Below are positions 1 to 9,248 of a stretch of 64,000 nucleotides of DNA, piece by piece. Position 1 is the stretch's first letter; each line of letters begins with the position of its first letter. The notes below the pieces were generated by a model. The model was not told the DNA's origin. It made no database searches and saw only the letters and a program-made list of their open reading frames with translations. The position numbers and the translations under genes were made by a program. The DNA comes from Schizochytrium sp. TIO01 (lineage: Eukaryota > Protista > Bigyra: Labyrinthulomycetes). The stretch covers positions 496,001 through 560,000 of the forward strand of contig SMSO01000036.1 of assembly GCA_004764695.1 (NCBI GenBank), written 5' to 3'.

Positions 1-11
1 GACAGCAAACC

Positions 12-506
12 ATGCCATCCAACACGAATGACTTTGGCACTCGTCACGAACAATTTGATGACTTTTTCAAAAATATCATTCGCGTAGCCTATGGTGGTGA
101 CTTCGACGAATACATCGACGCAGTCATTGAAGACATTGAATCAAAAAAAATTGGCACCTTCCACGAAATCCTTGCCCGCATTAAAGGTTATGAATTGATG
201 GATCAGAAAGATGTTACAACAAAGTTACCTCCTACCGAATCCTGGCGAAGGCTTTTCAATACATACTTTGATAAGCAAGAAAACAACTTTGACATGTTCT
301 ACCAGACATTTACTGCTGAGTGTATTTTCTTTATCCTCAAAGATTACCTCGCAATCTATGATAATGACGGAATCTCATATCTACCGATTTATAAACTCTA
401 TTCCAATGACCACTTTACACAGACTTACTCTACAAATATAAGGTTTCTTATAGATACTAAGAAAATAAGAAGTCAGCTTAAAAAATTATACAATATTAGA
501 ATCTAA
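12..506 (+). CDS. Hypothetical protein, 164 aa (ORFan of the putative element)
   Basis: ATG in AACCATG context, 164 open codons in AT-rich DNA, globular-protein composition; no recognised motif. Confidence 0.65.
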   Translation: MPSNTNDFGTRHEQFDDFFKNIIRVAYGGDFDEYIDAVIEDIESKKIGTFHEILARIKGYELMDQKDVTTKLPPTESWRRLFNTYFDKQENNFDMFYQTFTAECIFFILKDYLAIYDNDGISYLPIYKLYSNDHFTQTYSTNIRFLIDTKKIRSQLKKLYNIRI

Positions 507-525
507 TTCATACAAAACCTTAATT

Positions 526-708
526 ATGTTCTTCCAATCCGAGAAAATTAGAAAATTCATTCAGAATCTGTTCCGTCAGAAAAATGAACATGTCGTCATT
601 CAACGCAGAAACGCTCTGTCTAATGAAGAAGCTATATCCTATTTCTACCACCACGACAAACCACTCATCACATACAAAGACATTAAACATAAAAACAAGG
701 ACCACTAG
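526..708 (+). CDS. Hypothetical small basic protein, 60 aa
   Basis: True ATG 19 nt after the previous stop; its TAG overlaps the TAG of the convergent ORF (CTAG 705-708). Confidence 0.45.
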   Translation: MFFQSEKIRKFIQNLFRQKNEHVVIQRRNALSNEEAISYFYHHDKPLITYKDIKHKNKDH

Positions 709-1130
709 CCGTCGCCGCTAGAGAAGGTATCCACACTGCTACAATCTGCCTCAACATACTTTAGCATTACAGTTAGCAAACGCATGCCGATGAATGACAA
801 ACATGTTCCATTCTTTACCAACATTTTACAAGATTTCAATCCACACACTTGCACAATTTCCCTTCCAATGAAATAGTAGAATCGATACCTCCAACTACCA
901 GGTGTCGGCATCAATGAATGTATGCCTACATTTTTATCACCTTCTCTTCGTATAATAAATACTAGTATGTCCCATGCAAGAAAATTTGAATCATCTGACA
1001 TCCCAATCAGGAAATTCCCTAGTTCATCCAATTCATCGTTTTCAAAATTAAGCAGGAAATCGAACCAATCAAATTCATCAATCCATTTCGACAATTCATC
1101 ACAACATGGAGCTTGTTTAAATGCGTTCAT
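705..1130 (-). CDS. Hypothetical protein, 141 aa
   Basis: True ATG at 1130, acidic/aromatic N-terminal half, stop interlocked with the upstream + strand ORF. Confidence 0.6.
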   Translation of the reverse strand: MNAFKQAPCCDELSKWIDEFDWFDFLLNFENDELDELGNFLIGMSDDSNFLAWDILVFIIRREGDKNVGIHSLMPTPGSWRYRFYYFIGREIVQVCGLKSCKMLVKNGTCLSFIGMRLLTVMLKYVEADCSSVDTFSSGDG

Positions 1131-1429
1131 AGTTCAGGATTTGTTTGCACCACGAAATACTAAAACATTAATAGTCTGCGTGGCAAAAATAGTAAAACAT
1201 CAATTAGTCAAGGATATTACCTACCCCCCCTAGAATTATTATTATACATAGCAATTTAATATGAAACGAATTCGGGTCACCATGAATTCGTGTATAGTAT
1301 AGAACTATAGTTGCTTTGTTTTTATATCATGTGTGTTTCAAATACCCGACAAATGTACCCTGGACAAATATATAGTTAAAACAGTAGTAAGTAATCCATA
1401 CATCATAAGAGACTATCCAACTCAAACAA

Positions 1430-1865
1430 TCTCTCTAATGTATATTATCCTTGATTAAATGTTCTGTTCTGTAATTGCAACTTAGCAAAGAACGCTTGTC
1501 AATGCCTGTGTAGCTAGTCAGAGCAAACCTCTGTTCTTTAACGAACTTATCGAAAAGAACAGAACACTATCTAGGTTAGGTTAAGCTAGGTTAAGCTAGG
1601 TTAGATAGGGTTCTGCTAGGGTTATCGACCTAGGGTTGGGTTGGATATTCTCTCTAATGTGTATTATCCTTGATTAAATGTTCTGTTCTGTAATAGCAAC
1701 TTAGCAAAGAACGCTTGTCAATGCCTGTGTAGCTAGTCAGAGCAAACCTCTGTTCTTTAACGAACTTATCCAAAAGAACAGAACACTATCTAGGTTAGGT
1801 TAAGCTAGGTTAAGCTAGGTTAGATAGGGTTCTGCTAGGGTTATCGACCTAGGGTCAGGTTGGAT
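1430..1865. repeat. Tandem duplication, two near-identical copies with 219-bp period
   Basis: CTCTCTAATG starts at 1431 and 1650 and the copies differ by only a few substitutions. Each copy has an internal inverted repeat TGTTCTGTTCT...AGAACAGAACA and a G-rich TAGG(G)TT tail. Confidence 0.95.
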
Positions 1866-1880
1866 TATACCCCCCCCAAA

Positions 1881-2050
1881 CACCGGATGGCACCCGATCT
1901 ATAAGAACCGATGGCAACCGTTACTACCCGTTCAACCAACCAATCCCAACCGTCTCCACCTGTTGAACCAACAGATGCCAACTAGCAACAACCGTACCCA
2001 CCCATTGCATCATCTGATGCCAACCGTTGGTAGACAATACTACCCACAGT
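1881..2050. repeat. Array of ~15 degenerate decamers (consensus about CAACCGWTNN) with 10-12 bp spacing
   Basis: Motif starts at 1881, 1891, 1905, 1915, 1925, 1937, 1947, 1957, 1969, 1979, 1989, 1999, 2011, 2021 and 2041. Confidence 0.75.
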
Positions 2051-2409
2051 GCAAGGAAAAAAAAAGCACACAACAGTCTTAGACCAATTTCTAAAGGGGG
2101 ATTAGCGAAGATGCCCTGGTTGTGGGAGTCTCTGTAGACCCCTGCGAAAGGGGGTGAGCAACTTGGGCGACCTTTTCCCGAAAATAGGGCTCTTTCCGAG
2201 GCGTTCTTCTAGTGATTATTCTAGGGGTTCAAAATCATCTACCCACATTCAACTCCCCTTTCCCGTATAGAAAATTCCCTTTACCTCTTACCCCAAACCC
2301 TAATACCCTTTACCCCCCCTACCCTAACCTCTTTCCCCAATTCTCTCACCCCCCTAACCATTAAAACCCCTATAATAACCGCTAAAGAATCCCTAATAAA
2401 AGTATTAGG

Positions 2410-3300
2410 GAATCCAACCAAACCCTAGCTTACCCTAATCTAACCGATCCAACCAAACCCTAGATTAACCTAGCTTACCCTAGGTGTCACTTGAGGGTAC
2501 CTAAGTTATTTGTTTTGACTAGATAGTCTTAGACTTCCCCTTATTTCACCTGAATCCAACCAAACCCTAGCTTACCCTAATCTAACCGATCCAACCAAAC
2601 CCTAGATTAACCTAGCTTACCCTAGGTGTCACTTGAGGGTACCTAAGTTATATGTTTTGACTAGATAGTCTTAGACTTCCCCTTATTTCACCTGAATCCA
2701 ACCAAACCCTAGCTTACCCTAATCTAACCGATCCAACCAAACCCTAGATTAACCTAGCTTACCCTAGGTGTAACTCGAGGGTACCTCAGTTATATGTTTT
2801 GACTAGATAGACTTCCCCTTCTTTGACATGAATCCAACCAAACCCTAGCTTACCCTAATCTAACCGATCCAACCAAACCCTAGATTAACCTAGCTTACCC
2901 TAGGTGTAACTCGAGGGTACCTCAGTTATATGTTTTGACTAGATAGACTTCCCCTTCTTTGACATGAATCCAACCAAACCCTAGCTTACCCTAATCTAAC
3001 CGATCCAACCAAACCCTAGATTAACCTAACTTACCCTAGGTGTAATTCGAGGGTACCTCAGTTATATGTTTTTACTAGATAGTCTTAGACTTCCCCTTCT
3101 TTGACCTGAATCCAACCAAACCCTAGATTAACCTAGCTTACCCTAACTGTAACTTCAGGGATCCAAAGTGATATATTTCTACTAAATAGATTTAGGATAG
3201 TCTTATTTGATTTGACTCTAGATTAATATAGCATACCCTTATGTAACTTCAAGGTCCCGAGACGATGCGTTTCTACTATATAGATATAGGATAATTCTTG
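2410..3300. repeat. 136/142-bp tandem array (5 full + 2 decayed units) built from ATCCAACCAAACCCTAG and TACCCTA sub-repeats
   Basis: GAATCCAACC starts at 2410, 2552, 2694, 2830, 2966 and 3108; a further decayed partial copy lies at ~3218-3300. Confidence 0.95.
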
Positions 3301-5629
3301 CATCCCTTTATAAGTCCATTTCCCTCTAGAGCAGTTTAACAAACGAATTGGAGCTGTGTATTCATATTTATATTCTTGAAGGTTTCTCTTGTTGCACACA
3401 AACAAAAAAAGTGTGCTCTATGGAAACGTAGTGGTGCGTTGTTCACCAAGTTGCTATACCCTTGAATACTCAAAGTTACTAGTCCAATTGTTTCTAGTGC
3501 TAATCTGCACTTGATGATTTATTCTTGTCAAATAGATTGTCGAGTCTACCAGCCCGTTCCTGTCATCTTTGGTAAACTTTCAGTCATCAATTGAAGCCAG
3601 AATCGTTCGAATGACCATACCTTTTTATTCCTGACGTAGATTGATCACAGTATAGCTTAGCGGTATGTCTTGAGTGAACGAAATTGTCCAACGTGTCCAG
3701 CGCAGCGCCCCCAAGGCCGACCCAAATTCAATTAGACGATCATAACTCCTCATCGAAAAGCAAATTGTCCAGCGTCAGATCACTCTTCGAGCTGCTTTCC
3801 TTGCTGACGCTCGTGCACATTGCCAGCCCATGCGAACCGTCCTTCTCCAGCGAAACATCAATGCATCAACGCACTACATCCATCACCAGCGTGAAATTGT
3901 TCATCGCGCTCCCAGCCAGCCGCCAAGCAAACCCACTACCTCAAAGTTTCTTATCCATTGCCCAGGTAGCGCTTTGCTACAGATTTGCTACAAAACTATA
4001 GCAGCATAAGAAACAGAACATCAAACCAAACAAAGTGCGACGATCTTACCGTGACGGTAGAACTTCTTGTGTACGGTTGCTCGCACATTTCGGTGCCAAA
4101 GGGAACCGCAGAGCGACGTGCAGGCGGTCGCAATGAAGCTCGCAATCCCTCCTTGAAAGGTTGTTGCGAAGATTGTAGGTACTACTAGCTTTTTAGTGGT
4201 TCTTACCTCGCGTTGATCCAGCTTTCCCTGCATAGCCTTTCCTCAGGAAGAGCATCTCGTCAACGAAAGGTTTGCGCAAAGAAAACATCACCTTCACAGA
4301 ATGAAAGCAAAAGAATAAGGGCTCATTTCACAAATTAAACCAATTTCTTGGTTCTGTGAGTTCTACCAAGTGCGACTGTGCACTTGGTGTGTATTAAGCA
4401 GAGACAGCTCTTGAGGTTATGGATGAATGTGCTCTCTAGGGTTTTGAGTTTTCAATTTTACTCTGCTCCTTGGAAATGTACCTGTTCAACTTCTTGGATT
4501 GATCTCCACCACACCCACTTCTAAACAGGAAGAAGAGTGGAAAGCTTGTAGCACAGGGTCTAGCTTGCTTCCTCGGCGCTTTGCTTCTCTGCACCTGTCT
4601 CAAACTGCCATTCCGCTTCAACTCGAACTTGCCAATTTCAATGTTCGATTTCTCCAACCTTTTTATTCATCTGCAACAACTGTTCAAAACATTCCACTTC
4701 TTCTTCTCTCCTTCTTTTTGCATTACAAAAACACGATCGACCTAAAACTTTATTTTATTTTATTATGTTATTTTATTTCATTGTTAGTCTTATTTTTTAA
4801 AAGTTAATTAAAAACAAATTATACATATGATATACTCTATAATTGAATTAAAAAAGTCAATTTTTCCGCAATCTTCTACTTTCATGCGTTGATTATCAGT
4901 TCCTGATAGGTCAACGCCACTTTTCTTCATGACGTCGCAGGGCGCTCTCTGCAGCACCCTTCCATCATCCCACCTCGCGTCTCTCTGCAGCCTGCGCTCT
5001 TGTTTCTGCGTCGGTCTCCGCGGTTTCTTCCTTTCTCCAAGAGCCACTCGGCTCCCGAACTCTTCGCACACTTCTGAATTGAATAGAACAGCTTTAAAAT
5101 CGCCATCTATCTCACGAACGACAGGAAAACCAACAAAGACCACAACCGTCGCACTACGCGCCATATTGGGCACTCCCTCGCACCCGTAGACCTCGCCACC
5201 GACATCCATGCCCTGGCCTCCTGGCTCCGCTCGAGTTCTGAGGCCTACTGCGCGCTTCAAGCCGCGCTCTCGGCTGAGACCTCTTCTCGGCGTTTTTGCC
5301 GGGATTCTGTGCGTTACGATCAAGAACTCGAACGGAATGCCGCGCACTATTCGCGTACCTCGCAGTCAATACGGCGAGTGCACCCGAAGAGCTTCGAAAG
5401 ACTTCCTCAGAGAGTTTGCTCATTCTGTACGTGCCGCGCTCCCAACTTCAAGTGACCCGGGCGAGCTCCAGCAAGAGCCCGCCCGAGCTTTGGAGCTAGC
5501 TAGCTAGCTGCCTTCGAAGCTCGCCAACAAAGGCGCCGTGGCCAAGCCGATGGGAGGACAAGGCCGGATGAAGTCCAGCTATCGTCCAAGATGCTCAGAT
5601 TGGAGATTGGCGAGGAGGCATTAGAAAGC

Positions 5630-5737
5630 ATTGCGAACGTAATTGCGAATGAAATTGCGAATGAAATTGCGAATGAAATTGCGAATGAAATTGCAAACGA
5701 AATTGCAAACGAAATTGCGAACGAAATTGCGAATGCA
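5630..5737. repeat. 12-bp minisatellite ATTGCRAAYGAA x9
   Basis: Nine contiguous units; reads IANE repeats in ORF 5591-5881. Confidence 0.9.
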
Positions 5738-7860
5738 CGCGAGGCTTGGAGAAAGAGGGTTTCAAGGACATTGCGAAATGAATGGGCTGACGGAAATCAC
5801 TTCCGCTCACGTCTGGTTTTGGTGAAGACCTTCCCCGAATGCATTATTGATTGGTTTATTTCCTCGTCATACATACTCTAGCTCAGGGAGTGCGTGCGTG
5901 CATGCATTCGCGTGCTTGCTGCAGTCTTGGAGAGCACAATGGCCGGGCTGCACGAGTCGGGCGTCCCGGTTTCTTCGGAGTCGTAAGCTTTGGCTCTTTC
6001 CTGGCGCCTTGAAGCGTCCAAGCTTATAATAACAAAGCAAGCAAAACGAAAGCAAGCAAAACGAAGCAAGGCACAAGAACATTCAAGCGGTTTCCTCTCC
6101 CACGAAGATAGCAAGTCCAAGGGACGAGAGTGAGGAGCAGCTTGAAAGTGCTTGCGAACTTGAAAAGGTACAACCTGCACCAAAGAAGCAGTCTCGATAC
6201 TTGAACATGGAAAAGCCTGGAGCTCGGATAGTTTCCCGAGATAATCTCTTGGCAGCTGCTGATGTATGCACCACACGTCGAGAAAAACAGCAACAAGAAC
6301 AGCAACCACTAAACAGACGCATACTCTCTGCCTAGGAAATACGAAAATGGATACAATGCGAACAAAAACCTTCAAGGAGCCAACGGAGGAGTCTGATTCA
6401 CATCAAAGCAACCTCAGAGCTTGAGCTTTTCTAAATTCAACCTCGAAAAGTGTCCTCCGCAGATTACCTCGATAGCTACAATGGCCATGTCCTGCCTTTT
6501 GTTGGAGTACCTTTCTCTATCTAGGCCTGAACGAGATTCTGAGGTTCCCGGAAGATTCTGCGTAGGTTCTTTTCAACACATGTGTTCTCTTTTCAATTAA
6601 AACATATTTTTTTCTGCCCCATTCCGCGGCGGAGGCCGATGCAGAATCGCTCACCGTGCACACCATTTCTGGTATTAAAGGCTCTCGTGTGAAAGCTCCT
6701 AGTTCATTATGTATAACTAGAGCAGATGCACAAATGGAGGTGTTACATTATTACAAGACCGTAGTCAGGCTGGCTAGTTAGTTTCGCAGTCACATCTTTC
6801 GAATCATGTACAGTGTCTCCACTGGGTAAAATTAAATGTGCGTCAAGGATAAGAAACCCTCTTAAGGGTGTTAAAGTAATCTTTTACTTGTGGGAACTGC
6901 GGAGCTACTATGAGGGAGCCGCACCCTTTCTTTCGTTTAAGAAGGATTCGTTGTGAGGGAGGGGCCATCGCGAGGTTTCAGTGGAGCAGAGAGGGCGTGC
7001 AAGTTTGAAAGAAGTTTGAAAGAACTCCCTCTCACTCTGAGTCTTTCTTTCTTTCTTTCTTTTCTTTTCTTTTCTTTTCTTTCTTTTCAATGCAAGCTTG
7101 AGCAGCTCCACCACCCTCAGTCTCCCCTCCTCCCAGGCCGTGCGAGCTGCAAGCAAACAAACGCAAACAAGCAACTGCACAGACGCACCACGCTTAAATC
7201 ACCTCTGGGCCAGCTTCAAGCAGGCCTTCAGGGCGTATCTTGACGTCTTCGGCTTCCGGCGCCAACCTCAATCGATCTCGGCCCAATGTGTTCACCGCTG
7301 CAGGTGTTCTTTCTCATCCCCTAGCAGTACCTACGCACCAGATAGGGTCTGCCGGCAGGCAGGATTTTCTTTCTTTTCTTCTAAGTTTTTCTTTTCGAGT
7401 TCACAATTGATTGCTAATTCGTTCGCAACCATCTCCGTTGATCTTGATCTCCACTCGCAGCACTCAACATACCTGCTTGCTTGCTTACCTTCAGGTCGCT
7501 CTGTGCGAATACGAACTGCGTCCGTCTTAACCTTACAGCCCGCGCCAACGCGGGTTTTGACTTGTATCAAGCAAGTTCTCTCTGTTAATGTCACGAATTG
7601 CACAATGACTAAGTTGGCTAGCTAGCTAACTAATAAGGTAGCGAGCGCTAAGCGTGGAAAGAAGAAGGCGGAAAAGGACTCATTTCGATATTACTCGTCC
7701 TCTTTGCTTTGCAGAAACATGTCGCCGGAACAAAGAACGAACGGGCCCAAGCAGCTCAGGCAGGCAGCTGTCGAAGGACCGACTCCGATGAGTGCGTCAA
7801 TAAGGGCGGTATTTGCAAAGCAAGGATAACCTGCGAAAGCTTTCTGTATTTTATTATTAT

Positions 7861-7950
7861 TTAGCTTAGTTTAGTTTAGTTTGTTTTAGTTTAGTTTAGT
7901 TTAGTTTAGTTTGGTTTAGTTTGGTTTAGTTTGGTTTAGTTTAGTTTGGT
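7861..7950. repeat. (TTTAG/TTTGG)n pentanucleotide microsatellite
   Basis: Direct reading. Confidence 0.9.
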
Positions 7951-9248
7951 TTCAAGTTGGTCGTATTTTAATCGTGGTGGAACTTCGACAACTTAAAAAG
8001 TAACAACTCGGGCAGACTAAACAGAATGTAAAATAGACTGTGAAGAAGCGCTTAAACACAATATTACGGACCATAGTAGTAATAATAGTATGGAGGAAAG
8101 AGAGAAAGAGGAGAGAAAGAGGAAAGAAAGTAAAGCCGAAAAGAGGTGAGAAAAGAAAGAATCAAGCGCCGCAAATTCAAACAAACTCAAACTCAAACTC
8201 AGTTCGAGTACCTCTCTCTCGGTGTCTCCCGCGCGCGCGAGACCCTCGATCGCTGCGTGGGCAGTGGCAGAGACGACCAACGGAACGCGCTGGCTTAACG
8301 AAGCGCCACACCTTCCTTCCTGCGTAACCTTGCTCGCGGCGGCGGCGGCGGCGGCGGCGTCCGGCACCACATCTCGCGTTCTTGTTCAGATTCTCATTGA
8401 ACAGAAAACAAGCAAGCGCAGTTCATCGTCAACGTCGCTTGGCAACCAAGGCGAAGGTCGACTCACCGAACGACCCACGCTTGGTCTAATCGGCGAATCT
8501 ACGACGGCGCTAGCCTGATCGTCGACGACAACGTCAACAACAAACCCCAAACTGGCTTGAGCGGGTCTCACGCCTTTCTTACCCTGATTTTTCTTCTTTT
8601 GGGGGCCCTTTTTTTCTACGTAAATTACTTTCGCGCATCTATTTCATCAACTCTCTTTGCGGGCTTCGGAATACAATATATTCTTGTGTGGCGCTTTACT
8701 CTTTCTTAGACCTCGCTTTAGGCTGCAGTTCTTTTGCACGGAGTCGCGGCACTTGTGTACCGCTAGAGCAATTTCACTAACTAGGCGATCTGCACCTTTC
8801 CCGTAGATAGGGCTACGGTACTCTGTAGTCTGACGCTCATTGATATCGAGCGCACGTTGGTCTTGGGAACCCTAGATTTCGCAATTGTAGCGTCGTTGCC
8901 TGATCCACAGAGCCACTTTGGCTTCGCTCAGGTTACTTCAGCCATTGCAATCAAAGTAACTAGCTCTGCGCTCGCGGACCTAAAACGTTGGTTTACTTGA
9001 CTTAGTGCTTCGTCTCAGGAAGCCTGAACGACAGGAACGGTACTGCGGACTGTCGTTCTGGACCGTTAGTAGAGCAATTCCTGTCGATCCTACCTTAACA
9101 ATATCGGTCGTTCTGTGCAAAAGTATCAACACACCAACAAGCAAGTAAACGAGCAAATAAGCAGGTGAGCAAATTGAGTTACTACGGACGGGTCTAAATC
9201 GCCAACTGTAAGAGGGGGACACTGTAAACCGCATCGGCTGAATTCACA

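Larger units (their letters stand above)
1..3300. mobile_element. Probable end of an integrated virus-like element (endogenous viral element/PLV/Polinton-like or other); continues beyond the left window edge
   Basis: AT-rich, compact, intron-less ORFans (19-nt gap; convergent stops overlapping in CTAG at 705-708), followed by ~2 kb of ordered tandem and inverted repeats. Composition and layout differ from the host genes. No capsid, polymerase or integrase gene is in the window, so the class is inferred. The right boundary is approximate (3300-3420). Confidence 0.55.

Noticed and set aside
2410-3300. CRISPR-like array
   Set aside because: Whole units repeat, there are no unique spacers and no cas genes, and the context is eukaryotic.
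3420-5520. Lipase-like pseudogene fragments (TVHKKFY on minus; IGHSLA on plus)
   Set aside because: Coding-like but interrupted by stops. The motif matches are too short and lie on opposite strands, so no family can be supported.
6080-6330. Possible pogo/Fot1 transposase tail (PKKQSRYL...GARIVS...REKQQQE)
   Set aside because: Low-complexity resemblance only; no DDE motifs nearby.
8270-9210. Myb-binding YAACKG sites in the MYB leader (autoregulation)
   Set aside because: About three sites in ~1 kb is close to chance expectation.
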